64,000 nt of DNA, taken from the NCBI GenBank assembly GCA_963748825.1, contig CAVVKN010000021.1:1-64000 (forward strand). The letters run 5' to 3'. The notes beneath the pieces were generated by a model, which had not been told where the DNA came from, did no database searches, and worked only from the letters and a program-made list of their open reading frames with translations. This document shows positions 52,878 through 63,464 of this stretch, in pieces. The DNA comes from Methanotrichaceae archaeon. Its GTDB lineage: Archaea; Halobacteriota; Methanosarcinia; Methanotrichales; Methanotrichaceae. A program made the translations under genes and the position numbers. The number at the start of each line of letters is the position of its first letter. The stretch's first letter is position 1.

Positions 52878-53287
52878 ATCTTCAGCCTGAATTTGGCCTG
52901 GCCCTCATCGATGAAATCGATATTACTAGATGCAACCCAGATTATGCGCCCCTGAGCCGGGACGGCCTCGCCGAGCCACTCCAGCTCAAAGAACTGTGCA
53001 AGCGGAAGAGCAACTATGCCCTCGCCGGCAACCTTCGGCAAGCTCCTCTTGAGCCGTCTTGCTTCCGTTTCTCCAGAGAGCCGGAAGTTCAATTGCTCCT
53101 CTTTTTCCGAGGAGCGTTTGACCAGACCTGCCGGATTGCCGTGATCCTCTATCACCACCAGCCATGTTTCGTCCTCTCCCGTCTTTTGCTTTCCTCTATT
53201 CACATAAGGCAGAGACAGGAACGAAGCCAGAGCCCTGGCAAACCGCCTTGCCTTCGCAGACGGGTCTCGCGAAGTGGTGACGATCAT
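52874..53287 (-). CDS. Brix-domain ribosomal biogenesis protein
   Basis: [19 protein letters not shown]. Confidence 0.85.
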   Translation of the reverse strand: MIVTTSRDPSAKARRFARALASFLSLPYVNRGKQKTGEDETWLVVIEDHGNPAGLVKRSSEKEEQLNFRLSGETEARRLKRSLPKVAGEGIVALPLAQFFELEWLGEAVPAQGRIIWVASSNIDFIDEGQAKFRLKI

Positions 53288-53424
53288 CAGACGGCTTTCA
53301 TCTTCTTGACCGTGGTGGGCCGCTCCTTCATCAGGATCCTATGCCCGCAATAAGGACAGCGTATGCCGCTGTACTCGTAATCTATCTCCACGGTCTTCTT
53401 GCATCTGGTGCATTTATAAGCCAT
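53287..53424 (-). CDS. rpoP: RNA polymerase subunit Rpo12 (P) (not in ORF track)
   Basis: MAYKCTRC...[15 protein letters not shown]. Confidence 0.95.
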   Translation of the reverse strand: MAYKCTRCKKTVEIDYEYSGIRCPYCGHRILMKERPTTVKKMKAV

Positions 53425-53427
53425 CTT

Positions 53428-53709
53428 CTAATCAGCCTCAAGAGTCTTCTTGAGAGACCTTAGCACTGAGCGGCCCAAAGACGTTTCAGGCAGGAAAGAG
53501 CCGCCGGCAAAGGTGTAGCCGCATTTGCTGCAGCTCCAGATGGCTGTACTTGTCCTTCTTACTCTATTCCGATTGCACGAAGGGCAGTCATACGAAGCCT
53601 TGCTCTTTTCTTCCAAATCTGCAACGAGCTTTCGTGATTTGCGGCCGTACCTGGGACCAAACCGGGCTGCGGACCTGCTCTTCCTTCCTTTTGTAGTCTG
53701 CTTTGCCAT
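53428..53709 (-). CDS. rpl37ae: 50S ribosomal protein L37Ae
   Basis: RFGPRYG, CPSC, IWSCSKC...AGG. Confidence 0.95.
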   Translation of the reverse strand: MAKQTTKGRKSRSAARFGPRYGRKSRKLVADLEEKSKASYDCPSCNRNRVRRTSTAIWSCSKCGYTFAGGSFLPETSLGRSVLRSLKKTLEAD

Positions 53710-53724
53710 GATCGTAACTTCCGT

Positions 53725-54507
53725 TTATGCTTCCAGAAACTTTTCCCGGATTTCTTTCGCCTTCTCACATGCTATATCAATGATGCGGTAGACCTGCTCA
53801 GGTTTGAGCATTCCTGTGCCGCTCTTCTGCGAGCCGCAGATGTTGCCATTCATCGTAGATATAATTGTGAGACGGGTGTTGGCAATGGCCTCTTCATCCA
53901 CACCGGGATCAAACATCAAGACGTCATTGAACTCAATAGCCGTCGTAGCTATGGGAAGATCCCTTATGGGCAAGATGTAGTCCTCGCCCAGGCCATACCG
54001 GGCTGCCGGCACCTTGGTGGACAGCAGCGCGGCGATAGCGCCAAGCGACGCTGCATCGAGTATATTTCCGCAGTCATCCAAGACATGCACATCGATGAAT
54101 ATAATCCAGACCTGCTTGCCGGGCACAATGCAAAGCGCCTCCAGATCCACTGCCTTGGATTCGCGCACGCCGCGATCCACGAGGCGTGCCAGCTCAATTC
54201 CCACCTCATTGGGCGGACCCGGCTCAAAGGAGGGTGAGGCAAGCGGCACCAGCTCGGCATTGGTGATGATAACACCCTTATTGGGCGTATCCTGGAAAGG
54301 CTCTCCTGGCTGCATCTTCACGCCCACCAGCACCTGGCTGGAGCCTAATTTAACAAGCGCACTGCCTTCCGCCTTGCGGATCACATCCCTCTGGATGGAT
54401 ATCTCTCTGTACTGATCAAAGGTACGGCCATCGATCCTCTCTCCTTTGAGCAGCAGATTGTAAATAAAGTCCTTTTTTATCTCGGAGATGACGTTAGTCA
54501 CAGACAT
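53725..54507 (-). CDS. rrp42: exosome subunit Rrp42
   Basis: [28 protein letters not shown]. Confidence 0.95.
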   Translation of the reverse strand: MSVTNVISEIKKDFIYNLLLKGERIDGRTFDQYREISIQRDVIRKAEGSALVKLGSSQVLVGVKMQPGEPFQDTPNKGVIITNAELVPLASPSFEPGPPNEVGIELARLVDRGVRESKAVDLEALCIVPGKQVWIIFIDVHVLDDCGNILDAASLGAIAALLSTKVPAARYGLGEDYILPIRDLPIATTAIEFNDVLMFDPGVDEEAIANTRLTIISTMNGNICGSQKSGTGMLKPEQVYRIIDIACEKAKEIREKFLEA

Positions 54508-55246
54508 GCACCTCCTCTCGCCCGGGCTGTTCTACCATCTGGCTGTATTTCTTCACCAGGGCATCTCTTTGCAGCTCGTAGATGTCTTTCGCTCCCTTCA
54601 TGGCCATCTCCACTGCCCTCTGAAACTCGTCCGTAGTGAGGTTGCCGTCCATTTGCAGCAAGGTGATGTCTCCGCCCGGAGTCATGGCAATGGGCAGGTC
54701 AGCCTGGCCGAAGTTGTCTTCCTCTTTCATGGGATCAAGAATTATGGTATCTGCCACTTTCCCTGCAGCACAGGACGATATCATGCTCTTCATGGGAATT
54801 CCCGCATCAGCTAGAGCCACTGCAGCTGCATTTATACCGGCAGTCCTGGTTCCCGCATCGGCCTGAAGCACCTCTACAAAGACGTCTATGACCGATCGGG
54901 GGAAGAAGCTGGTCAGAATCACGGGCTCCAGTGCCTCCCGGCTGACCTTGGAAAGCTCTTGTGACCTTCGGTCCGGCCCCGGTCGTTTTCGGTCCTCAAC
55001 GGAGAAGGAGGCCATATTGTACCGGAAGCGCACAATGGCCCTGGTTGATTCCTGCAAGTGTCTGGGATGTACCTCCCTGGGCCCGTATACTGCCGCAATG
55101 ACCTTATTTCCACCCATCTCGATGTAGCATGAGCCGTCTGCTCTGGCCAGGACTCCCACCTCGATTTTCACAGGTCGGAGCTGATCTGCCCTTCGGCCAT
55201 CCAGGCGCAGTCCATCTTTGAAAAATGATATATCAGTCTCATCCAT
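54494..55246 (-). CDS. rrp41: exosome subunit Rrp41
   Basis: RLDGR, ADGS, YGPRE, QADAGTR. Confidence 0.95.
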   Translation of the reverse strand: MDETDISFFKDGLRLDGRRADQLRPVKIEVGVLARADGSCYIEMGGNKVIAAVYGPREVHPRHLQESTRAIVRFRYNMASFSVEDRKRPGPDRRSQELSKVSREALEPVILTSFFPRSVIDVFVEVLQADAGTRTAGINAAAVALADAGIPMKSMISSCAAGKVADTIILDPMKEEDNFGQADLPIAMTPGGDITLLQMDGNLTTDEFQRAVEMAMKGAKDIYELQRDALVKKYSQMVEQPGREEVHVCD

Positions 55247-55251
55247 AGCGA

Positions 55252-55917
55252 TCAACTTCTGGCCCCTTTCTCCGTCTTTAGGAAGTCCACAACCCTGTCC
55301 GTGAGACCATTGGTATGGGCTTCTCTCTCAATCAGAGTTATGGTCTTCAGAGCCAGATCCATATCCTCTGCACCCCCGTAGATCCAGATTCTGCCGTTCT
55401 GGCCAACGAAGATGTTGCAGTTTACCTCTTTCTTCAGCATGCTGATCATGGAGCCGCCCTTGCCGATGAGCCTGGGAACTCTAGTATGACTTATTTCGAT
55501 GACCTGGCCGGCTTTGATCTCGCCGAGCTTTTTGTCATTCAAAGTAAGCTCCACCTTCATTGTGGGATCTACATCAGACACACGTGTCATGATAGAGCTG
55601 CCGATGCGCAAATGCTTGGACATCTCATCCGATTCGATCCTTTTCGGGAACTCAGAGATGTGCAGCAGCCCGTCGTAGGGCGAATTTATATCCACGATCC
55701 AATTGGAGAAGGTTATATCCTTCACCACACCTATGACGTTGTCCCCCGGTCCGGGTACATACTTTCCCGCCAGGGGTATGACATTTATCTTATCCCTAAA
55801 GTTCGCAAGACCATATAGCAAGGAGTAGACGCTTCCATTCTTTACATACGTCCCCTCGCCCGACCTCTTGGCATCCTCAGAGAGAAGATCACCTGGTACT
55901 ACCACCTTGCGATCCAT
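55252..55917 (-). CDS. rrp4: exosome RNA-binding subunit Rrp4
   Basis: VVPGD, S1 domain, [18 protein letters not shown]. Confidence 0.95.
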   Translation of the reverse strand: MDRKVVVPGDLLSEDAKRSGEGTYVKNGSVYSLLYGLANFRDKINVIPLAGKYVPGPGDNVIGVVKDITFSNWIVDINSPYDGLLHISEFPKRIESDEMSKHLRIGSSIMTRVSDVDPTMKVELTLNDKKLGEIKAGQVIEISHTRVPRLIGKGGSMISMLKKEVNCNIFVGQNGRIWIYGGAEDMDLALKTITLIEREAHTNGLTDRVVDFLKTEKGARS

Positions 55918-55936
55918 GCGCTTTTAACTCCCACCT

Positions 55937-56635
55937 TCAATGCTTAAGAAGCTTCGTCTCAGCTTCGCCTTTGGTCAGCCGGTTGATAAGGGCGTAGAAT
56001 TCTGTCTGCATGCCCGCCGGTATCTCGACCACGCCGATCCAAGAGCCATCGTTCTGCCATGCCTCCCGACTGAGCTTGCCAAAGGCTGCAACTTCGCCGT
56101 AAGCCTTGGGAGCATACGCGGGAGGGATTTTTACCGCCACATCTACCACCTCGAATCTTATGGGGATGAGGGGGCGGATGGCCTTCATGGCGATCTTGAC
56201 CAACTCATCGATGGATTTCGTGGGGTCTATATTGACGCGAGCCTCGGTCATGGCCTGCTCGATCCTCGTCGGCGGGTGAGGTGTTTTGGTCTGGGGATTG
56301 ATAGCATTTCTGGCTATGACCTCGATGACCTGGCGACGTTTATTCTCGATGAACTGCTTTCTCTGCTCAGCCGTCAGGCTGATATCGCCCTTTTTAATGA
56401 TGATCTCGGCAATGGGCAGGACTTCCAACGTGCCGAAGGCCTTTTGCAGATCTTCTTCCGGGCTTCTGTCTCCGCGGGAGGCATTTTCGAAGATATCTTC
56501 TACTGCCAGGATATCTTCCAGGTTGACGCGCTCTCCCCTCTTCAGGGCCAGGGCCCCATCGGGATCCACCAAAACCTCAAAGGTGGTGCCGTGGGTCTTG
56601 AGTCTGGCAGGAACGGCGTCATCCAGTCTGACCAT
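55937..56635 (-). CDS. ribosome maturation factor SBDS
   Basis: FEVLVDP, INPQTKTPHP, PLIPIRFE. Confidence 0.95.
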   Translation of the reverse strand: MVRLDDAVPARLKTHGTTFEVLVDPDGALALKRGERVNLEDILAVEDIFENASRGDRSPEEDLQKAFGTLEVLPIAEIIIKKGDISLTAEQRKQFIENKRRQVIEVIARNAINPQTKTPHPPTRIEQAMTEARVNIDPTKSIDELVKIAMKAIRPLIPIRFEVVDVAVKIPPAYAPKAYGEVAAFGKLSREAWQNDGSWIGVVEIPAGMQTEFYALINRLTKGEAETKLLKH

Positions 56636-56637
56636 TC

Positions 56638-57405
56638 CTATGCCTCTCCTTTTTCTCCCTTCTCAACTTTGCCGGCGGCGACGGCAGCCTTCATCCTTTC
56701 AACGTAAGAGGCTACTTCTTTCTCAGTCAGCTTGTAAAACTTCTTGTCGCCCAATTTGATGATGCCAATCTCTGTTGTGGCCGCTTCTACTTTGCCTTCC
56801 GCGGCCTTGTAGAGCGCCTCCAGGCCCATGAGCACGGCTTCATCCATGTTCAGGTCTTCTCTGTACTTCTCCTCGAAGAGCTCCATCACTGCCGATCTGC
56901 CGGCTCCAATGCCCGTAGCCTTGTATTCCAATAAAGCGCCGGACGGGTCGGTCTCAAAGAGGCGAGTTCTATCCTCCTCTGCGCCAATGATGAGCAGCGC
57001 CGTTCCAAAGGGCCGAACTCCGCCGTACTGAGTATATTGCTGCTTGAAGTCGCAGATCTTCTTGGCCAGGGCCTCTACACCAATGGGCTCGTCGTAGACC
57101 AGTCGGTTTATCTGGCTCTCTACCCTGGCTCTGTCGATCAGGACTCTGGCGTCTGCTACCAGGCCTGAGGTGGCGGCGCCGATGTGCGTGTCTATCTGAA
57201 AGATCTTCTCAATGGACTTGGGCTCCATGAGCCTGCTGGTGATCCTCTTGTCTACCAGCACAGCCACGCCGTCTTTTCCCTTGATGCCCACAGCCGTCGT
57301 TCCTCTTCGCACGGCCTCGCGGGCATATTCAACTTGAAATAATCTGCCGTCAGGGCTGAATACGGTAATAGCCCTGTCATAACCCATCTGCGGTGCCATC
57401 TGCAT
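56638..57405 (-). CDS. psmA: proteasome subunit alpha
   Basis: [21 protein letters not shown]. Confidence 0.97.
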   Translation of the reverse strand: MQMAPQMGYDRAITVFSPDGRLFQVEYAREAVRRGTTAVGIKGKDGVAVLVDKRITSRLMEPKSIEKIFQIDTHIGAATSGLVADARVLIDRARVESQINRLVYDEPIGVEALAKKICDFKQQYTQYGGVRPFGTALLIIGAEEDRTRLFETDPSGALLEYKATGIGAGRSAVMELFEEKYREDLNMDEAVLMGLEALYKAAEGKVEAATTEIGIIKLGDKKFYKLTEKEVASYVERMKAAVAAGKVEKGEKGEA

Positions 57406-57916
57406 CCTCGTGTCCTCCACTTAAATCAAAAGAGGTCAGCCCCAGGTATTGGGTGTCTGATCCTATGCACTTATTGCGGTCGTCCGGGCAGAGATCGACT
57501 TTTACACCATGGGTGCGGATAATACACCCGGAAACGTCTTTCAGCTCGATTCTTCTTCCGTCGCTTTCAGCACATATTTTACTCAGTCTTGGTAAATACT
57601 TTTCTGTAGCGGATTTGATTGTTCCCGAGACGCCTTTTGTATGGAGAGCGACTCGGATCCCGTGAATGGAATGAACCACGGCCAGTGTCGCTCGTGTCTC
57701 CTGGTCATGAATATGGGAAAAACGGATCAGGCCATAGCGGCCATTGAAAGCGATCATTTTGAGCCGGTTTTTCGCCGCCCCCTCATCTCCAAAAAGGGAA
57801 AACTGAGTTGAGTAAATCTCGTTCATCAGATCTTTGGGTGAAATTTCGCCTTCAGACTGCAGCTCGAAGATCATGTACCGTCTTCTGCCCCGCAGCACGG
57901 GAAGTCTGCTTCTCAT
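57377..57916 (-). CDS. rnp2: ribonuclease P protein component 2 (Pop5/Rpp14)
   Basis: LP.LR.RRRY, LFGD.G, GVSGTIK. Confidence 0.9.
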   Translation of the reverse strand: MRSRLPVLRGRRRYMIFELQSEGEISPKDLMNEIYSTQFSLFGDEGAAKNRLKMIAFNGRYGLIRFSHIHDQETRATLAVVHSIHGIRVALHTKGVSGTIKSATEKYLPRLSKICAESDGRRIELKDVSGCIIRTHGVKVDLCPDDRNKCIGSDTQYLGLTSFDLSGGHEDADGTADGL

Positions 57917-58590
57917 AGAAGCTCTACTCCCGGGCCCACCCATTTTCTGCGATTGAGTGCCAGCAGTATTCCCGGCCGACGGAGAGCTTCTTGTGCCTCA
58001 TCCTGCTCAAAGCCTGCTACCTGTGCCATAGCGACCAGGTCGCGGGGAGAGTGCAGGTCAAGGTGAGAATTCGCGCTCGCGGTGATAACCGGGTGTAGCT
58101 CGAACTTTCTTACCAGCTGCAGATTGCGCCGAACAGCTTCCAGCCAGCGAGCACGCGGGTTGCCGCGAAGACGCACCAGGGGACTCAGGTCAAAGCCGAT
58201 AGAGACCTGATTTAGCTTAGCCGCCCGCGCTGTGGCAATGCCCAAAGGGCGCCGTACTTCGCAGGGGTGTATGAGAAGGTCCACATTGGGGTCTTCAGAG
58301 GCTACCCGGATTGTCTCCTCTGTCGCGGCCCGAACCACGAGAAATGGATATCTGGCACGTAGAGCCGAGATGCGGCTTTTGAGTGCCTTGCTGCCGGAGG
58401 CGGTCACCTCTACGCCGAAGGCCACTTCAATTCCCTTGATCATCTCGGTTGCCTGGGGCATGAAGATCCTGCCCGGTTCGCAGTTGCAGATGATTATGCC
58501 CTGATAGCCCAGCCCCTTTGCAGTCAGGGCCATGCGGCTGGCAGAGGCTGCACCTTCGGGAAAGGCTCTAAGGCATTCGTAAAAGCTCAT
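57913..58590 (-). CDS. rnp3: ribonuclease P protein component 3 (Rpp30)
   Basis: PHP-like fold, A..LGY, VDLL.HP, S.A.SHLDL.SPRD. Confidence 0.9.
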   Translation of the reverse strand: MSFYECLRAFPEGAASASRMALTAKGLGYQGIIICNCEPGRIFMPQATEMIKGIEVAFGVEVTASGSKALKSRISALRARYPFLVVRAATEETIRVASEDPNVDLLIHPCEVRRPLGIATARAAKLNQVSIGFDLSPLVRLRGNPRARWLEAVRRNLQLVRKFELHPVITASANSHLDLHSPRDLVAMAQVAGFEQDEAQEALRRPGILLALNRRKWVGPGVELL

Positions 58591-59003
58591 ATGAGCTCGC
58601 TGATGATCTTCAAGGCAGACTCGCGCCTGGCTGGATAGGTTTTGACGAGAATTGTTGTGTCCAGGGCGTCCTTGGAGTCGGTCAGGCGCAGCAGCCCTTT
58701 GTAGGCGGCCTGTTTGTCCAGGCGCAGGTGGAAGTGGCTTTCGCCCTCCAACCGGTCCGGGATCTCCCGGCGCAGCCGCTGTAAGTCTTCTGCGGGGAGC
58801 TGCTCGCGAAGAATTTGAAAGAAGGCGGCAGCCTCACGCTTTCGTAGCGCCGCCTCCAGTATTTTTATCTCGTTTCCGAAATGGCCTTCTGCAGTGAGTG
58901 CGGATATCCTGTCCAGAGGAACGAAGACGGCGAGCGCCTCGCGCACGCGGCCCTCGTCTTCCGTTGCTGCCACAAAGGCCCGGAAAGAGACCTTGTCAAT
59001 CAC
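58587..59003 (-). CDS. exosome-associated RNA-binding protein (COG1325-like)
   Basis: ATED..RV, EGHFGN.I, LRLDKQAA. Confidence 0.88.
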   Translation of the reverse strand: MIDKVSFRAFVAATEDEGRVREALAVFVPLDRISALTAEGHFGNEIKILEAALRKREAAAFFQILREQLPAEDLQRLRREIPDRLEGESHFHLRLDKQAAYKGLLRLTDSKDALDTTILVKTYPARRESALKIISELI

Positions 59004-59591
59004 TTACTTTCCTTTTCCGTCGTGGGCTCTGATGCCGGGCCTGGTCTTCTCAGTGCCGAAGCCCTTGTGCCTCTGGCCTCTGCCCTTGCGACCGGCTGAG
59101 GTTTTGCCGCGTACTGCTCTACCGCGATGAACATCATTGCAGACCCAGTTAAGGTTCTTATCATTCATGATGGAGGGAGCGCACGGGTCCACTAAAATGA
59201 CCTCGTAGAACTTCTGCTTGCCGTCCTCTGCCACCCAGTAAGAGTTAAGGACTTCCATGTTGCGGTACCGCCTTCCGGCCCTTTCCTCGGCGATCCTCTG
59301 AATGGACTTGCCCATGCTGATGGCGTTCACGCCCATCTTGCTGGTCTTTCTGTTTCTCTCGTAACGGGACTTCTTGCGGCCACCGCGTCTTACCTTGACA
59401 CGTGCCACGATAATGCCCTGCTTGGCCTTGTAGCCGAGAGCGCGCGCTCTGTCCAGGCGAGTGGGCCTCTCGATCCTCTGCACGGTGCTTTCCTGGCGCC
59501 AGGCCTTGAGCCTTTCCTGCCGCAGTGCGCCCACGTATCCCTCTCGGGGAGAGGACCAGGCATCACTGATATAACCGTAAAAAGACTTCAT
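59004..59591 (-). CDS. rpl15e: 50S ribosomal protein L15e
   Basis: [33 protein letters not shown]. Confidence 0.97.
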   Translation of the reverse strand: MKSFYGYISDAWSSPREGYVGALRQERLKAWRQESTVQRIERPTRLDRARALGYKAKQGIIVARVKVRRGGRKKSRYERNRKTSKMGVNAISMGKSIQRIAEERAGRRYRNMEVLNSYWVAEDGKQKFYEVILVDPCAPSIMNDKNLNWVCNDVHRGRAVRGKTSAGRKGRGQRHKGFGTEKTRPGIRAHDGKGK

Positions 59592-59605
59592 TTCTTTTCA
59601 CCTTT

Positions 59606-59636
59606 ACCGGTTCGACCAAATGGTCACATTCCGGAA
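59606..59636 (-). promoter_or_regulatory. structured 5' leader of rpl15e (candidate eL15 ribosomal leader)
   Basis: CCGG-aatgt-GACC-attt-GGTC-gaa-CCGG nested hairpin immediately before the GGTGA RBS. Confidence 0.55.
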
Positions 59637-60392
59637 CTAGAGGGGGGAAGAGGTGATAGGAGATAAAGGTTTGGGAGATGGTAACGCATTAGGGTTCGAC
59701 GGGGATCTTAAGGCATTTAGAAATTCGTCTCGATGTTCAAAAATCAATCTATCTAATTCCCAGCCCTCTATTCCCGCTTCTTTTGCAATATTCAAATAGA
59801 ATTTTTCATGATCCGAGTACCTTTTTAGATTCAGCCCCAACTCGCTTGATATGGACCGGATGCGTGAATCGAGCGCTATCTTCTCATGGAAAAAAGGATG
59901 ATAGCAATCCATCATAATATTGTTCGCATACTTCGGACCTATTCCCGGAAAATCGTCCAGGAATTGCGTCATTTCTGCTGCGCATTTTTTATTGAGTAGT
60001 ATTTCATTGGCCTGCTCTAATCCACCCATCTCTTCAATTTTCTCAAAGCATAGCGCAAGCATCGGAGCTTTTTTCTTATAGTAGTGTACCTTTGCATCTT
60101 TCATGATTTGCCGCAGCCTATTCACACGGTCTTCATTGCTGAGGTTCTTCAGTTCAGCATAAGTGATCTGTTGATTTTTATTTTTGTCTGTGACCATATC
60201 TTCGTTTCTGCTTATGCCGCCCCAAGTTGAATAACTCACTAATAACTCATGCCACAAGAAATCAGGTCTCTTGAGTATAGCATGTCCTTTTTCCTTCTTG
60301 CACTCCAATTCACCTTTATATTTGTTTTGAAGATTTTTGGCCATTGCCACTAAAGTCTCAACTTGTTGATCCGTTGCATCAGCAATTGTCAT
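59637..60392 (-). CDS. HhH DNA glycosylase-like protein (OGG2/8-oxoguanine glycosylase-like)
   Basis: FPGIGPKYA HhH with Lys, IALDSRI Asp, C-terminal Y...E..Y..IA.E.GI...ELDRL. Confidence 0.55.
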   Translation of the reverse strand: MTIADATDQQVETLVAMAKNLQNKYKGELECKKEKGHAILKRPDFLWHELLVSYSTWGGISRNEDMVTDKNKNQQITYAELKNLSNEDRVNRLRQIMKDAKVHYYKKKAPMLALCFEKIEEMGGLEQANEILLNKKCAAEMTQFLDDFPGIGPKYANNIMMDCYHPFFHEKIALDSRIRSISSELGLNLKRYSDHEKFYLNIAKEAGIEGWELDRLIFEHRDEFLNALRSPSNPNALPSPKPLSPITSSPL

Positions 60393-60500
60393 GAAGTTCA
60401 CTTCATATCGCAAAGCTTTAAAATGTTTTCATGAATGGCCTTAATGCAATCACTTTAACTTTTCATATCTGTATGGGCAATGCAACAGAGAGGATAAAAA

Positions 60501-61235
60501 ATGAAGGTTGCCATAACTACAGTCGGGTGCAAAGGGCCTGAAGATGAATCCAAAAATGAAGGACGACTAAAAGCCGGAAAACTGGCGATAGCAAAGGCGA
60601 AATCATTGGGTGCTGATATATTAGTACTTCCCGGGGGATTCGTAGTTGGTAATGACTCTAGATCAAGGCAACGAATATCGGATGCACTCATAGATGAAGC
60701 TCGTAGCTTAGAGCTTGCGGTGGTTTTTGGCGTGGACGATCATAGTTGGCCCCAAGCATATGGATATGCCTGGAGTCCAGTTGACAAAATGGCATATAGT
60801 TGGGAACAAAGATCATCTACCAGACACTGGAATAAACGGAGTGAGCAGCCAATTACACTAACCGACAATCAATGGGAAGCCAAACTGAAGAGTTACGATG
60901 ATGTTCGTCTTCTTACGACAGAGGGTGGGGTTGTTGGTGTTCTGCTATGTGGCGAACTTTTCAATGAACGCATAAGGGATGCATTGATAAAAAGGAGGCC
61001 TAAGATTGTTGTTGATCTCATTCATAGAGGCCATGGCTTCAGATCAACGGGCGCAATGAAGAGGCTCTGTCATTATGGCATTACATCGGCTTGTTCTGCA
61101 CACGTACAGAAAGTTGGTGCTATGAAGCGCTGCTATATTCCAGGTAAAGGAAATGATGGAAATGCATCCACCATAGGATTAGATGACAGAATCGAAGGAC
61201 CACCAAGGATAGAACTCAAGCTATTTGAGGTTTGA
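60501..61235 (+). CDS. divergent carbon-nitrogen hydrolase (nitrilase-fold) protein
   Basis: A...GADILVLP and VGVLLCGELF; the usual catalytic Glu after LP is Gly. Confidence 0.55.
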   Translation: MKVAITTVGCKGPEDESKNEGRLKAGKLAIAKAKSLGADILVLPGGFVVGNDSRSRQRISDALIDEARSLELAVVFGVDDHSWPQAYGYAWSPVDKMAYSWEQRSSTRHWNKRSEQPITLTDNQWEAKLKSYDDVRLLTTEGGVVGVLLCGELFNERIRDALIKRRPKIVVDLIHRGHGFRSTGAMKRLCHYGITSACSAHVQKVGAMKRCYIPGKGNDGNASTIGLDDRIEGPPRIELKLFEV

Positions 61236-61240
61236 AGGAA

Positions 61241-61463
61241 GTCTCGAACCTTCGTTAAGGGGTCGTCTCTGTGCGTCCTCCGTGCGCTCTGTGCCTCTGT
61301 GGTGGGATCGTTAGTTGTTCTGTTATAATTATCGGCTAATAGTAATGGCGAGATGCAGCATCTTCCAAAATCCCGCGCCCGGAAAAGCACCCAGCCAAGC
61401 CCACAGCAGGCTACCCACGCGGGCACAAGCGTCCCCGCACGAGCGCACGCATGCGGGGCCGAT
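61241..61463 (+). repeat. repeat A copy 1
   Basis: near-identical to 62218-62443. Confidence 0.92.
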
Positions 61464-61557
61464 CCTTTTCTCGTGTTGCCAAGGTGTGGAATCGCATCTT
61501 TGTACGCGCAGACATCATTGAGTAGTATTATATGCAAATAGGACTAAGTAATTCCTG

Positions 61558-61788
61558 ATGAAACGCCTTTATGACTACACAATAGTGCTCCGTCCTGAAG
61601 ACAACGGCACCTATGCAGCCTACGTCCCTGCTATTCCAGGCTGCCACTCCTGGGGCCAAACACCCGAAGAGGCACAATCTGAGCTGATAAACGTCTTCGA
61701 GATGATCCTGGAAGAGTACAACGAAGAAGGTCGCATGCTTCCGGAAGATATCGATGTGAAGGCCGTTCATGCCTGCCAAAGCTCGTGA
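61558..61788 (+). CDS. hicB: HicB antitoxin
   Basis: YAAYVPAIPGCHSWGQTPEEA. Confidence 0.92.
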   Translation: MKRLYDYTIVLRPEDNGTYAAYVPAIPGCHSWGQTPEEAQSELINVFEMILEEYNEEGRMLPEDIDVKAVHACQSS

Positions 61789-61984
61789 CCTGCAAAAGGT
61801 CGCAAAGAAGCTCGGATTTCATATGGTGAGGCAGAAAGGAAGCCACGCCAGATGGAAGCATCCCGATGGTCGAGCGACAACGATTCCTATCCACGGCAAT
61901 AGCGAAATAGGCAACTGGCTGTTCTACGAAATTCTCAAGCAGTTGGACATAACTGAAGAGGATTTCTTGAAGCATCTCGGATAG
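61769..61984 (+). CDS. hicA: HicA toxin
   Basis: LGFHMVRQKGSHARWKHPDGRATTIPIH. Confidence 0.93.
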   Translation: MPAKARDLQKVAKKLGFHMVRQKGSHARWKHPDGRATTIPIHGNSEIGNWLFYEILKQLDITEEDFLKHLG

Positions 61985-62016
61985 CATCAATTCGAAAGAC
62001 ATATTTCAACCTGGCA

Positions 62017-62212
62017 TCGGGGCCCAACCGGCCTCCTGCCCTCCAGAAAGACCGCCGCATGCATCCCGGCCCGCCTGGCGAGCAGCGCCGCAGTCCCGGA
62101 TGGCCCGGCCCTCGGACAACGGACAAGATGCCCAGCCGGAACCCGGTCAAAGATGCTGCCCACAGGCTGTCGGACACTGCTTCCGGTAGCCCGCAAGGAT
62201 CGTCAAGCTGGA
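62017..62212 (+). repeat. repeat B copy 1
   Basis: aligns with 63143-63340 (ggcgagcagcgccgcagtc, ggtagcccgcaaggatcgtcaagctg). Confidence 0.9.
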
Positions 62213-62217
62213 GAACG

Positions 62218-62443
62218 GTCCCGAACCTTTGTTATAGGGAGTCGTCTCTGTGCGTCCTCCGTGCGCTCTGTGCCTCTGTGGTGGGATCGTTAGTTGTTCT
62301 GTTATAATTATCGGCTAATAGTAATGGCGAGATGCAGCATCTTCCAAATCCCGCGCCCGGAAAAGCACCCAGTCAAGCCCACGGGCGGCTGCCCATGCGG
62401 GCAGCAGCGCCCCCCCCGCACGAGCGCACGCACATGGGCCGAT
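62218..62443 (+). repeat. repeat A copy 2
   Basis: near-identical to 61241-61463. Confidence 0.92.
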
Positions 62444-62512
62444 GTCTACTGCAAAATGGTTCTCCGCCCAAGGGTTAAACACTTAAATAAAAAGAGAGCA
62501 ACATATGTTCCC

Positions 62513-63097
62513 ATGCAAAGGCTAACCGCTTACATCTCCGGCAAGGTCCAGAAGACCGGCTACAGAGCCAGAGTTCTCACCATTGCTCGTGACTTCGGTC
62601 TGAAGGGTTACGTGCAGAACCTGGATGATGGGCGAGTCAAGGTGGTAGCGGAGGGCGAAATCGGTGATCTGGAGAGCTTGCTCGGGGCCTTGGATATCAA
62701 GAACACAATTATCAATGTGGTTGATATCAAGAGCGAGTATTCTTCTGCAACAGGGGATTTTGACAGCTTCGTCAAGGTTGTATCCGGAGGCGAGACGGAT
62801 CAGAGACTCGATGTGGCTGCAGAATTGCTCACGAAGCTTATCGTAGTAAACGAAAAGATATTAGATGAAATCCGGGCGACTCGCCAGGAATTGACGGAGA
62901 CCCATAAAGAATTGACGGCTACCCATCAAGAACTGACGGGGACTCACGAAGACCTTAATGGGGCGATTAATGAGTCGCGTGATGCCATTGTAAACGAGAT
63001 TAGAGAGCTTCGCATTGATTTAAAGGAAAACCTGGAAGGCAGGTTGATAAGAATAGAATCCGACGTCTCCCAAATAAAAGCAAAGATCGCCCTCTAG
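62513..63097 (+). CDS. acylphosphatase domain fused to a coiled-coil tail
   Basis: ISGKVQKTGYR, GYVQNLDDGRV..AEG; 21-bp repeats QELTETH/KELTATH/QELTGTH at 62876-62950. Confidence 0.88.
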   Translation: MQRLTAYISGKVQKTGYRARVLTIARDFGLKGYVQNLDDGRVKVVAEGEIGDLESLLGALDIKNTIINVVDIKSEYSSATGDFDSFVKVVSGGETDQRLDVAAELLTKLIVVNEKILDEIRATRQELTETHKELTATHQELTGTHEDLNGAINESRDAIVNEIRELRIDLKENLEGRLIRIESDVSQIKAKIAL

Positions 63098-63142
63098 TTA
63101 TTTATTTTAGTGATCTGCAGCTTTCCTTAAGCGCCTCCTGAT

Positions 63143-63340
63143 CCCGGCCCGCCCGGCCTCCTTCCCCCCGAAGAGACGGTCGCATGCATCCGGTCCCACC
63201 AGGCGAGCAGCGCCGCAGTCTCGGATGGCCCGGCCCTCGGGCAACGGAACAGAAGCGCAATCGGTATCCCGCCAACGATGCCGCACGAGCGACGGGCTGC
63301 CGGGCTTCTTCTGGTAGCCCGCAAGGATCGTCAAGCTGAA
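63143..63340 (+). repeat. repeat B copy 2
   Basis: aligns with 62017-62212. Confidence 0.9.
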
Positions 63341-63464
63341 GACTGCATCGAAATCAGCTAAAACGTCTTACGATTATTAACCGCAGAGTCGCAGAGTTCG
63401 CAGAGCCGTTCAATCTGCTTATTTGTCAACACTTGAAAAAAAGGTGCTCTGCTTCTGAGCAATA

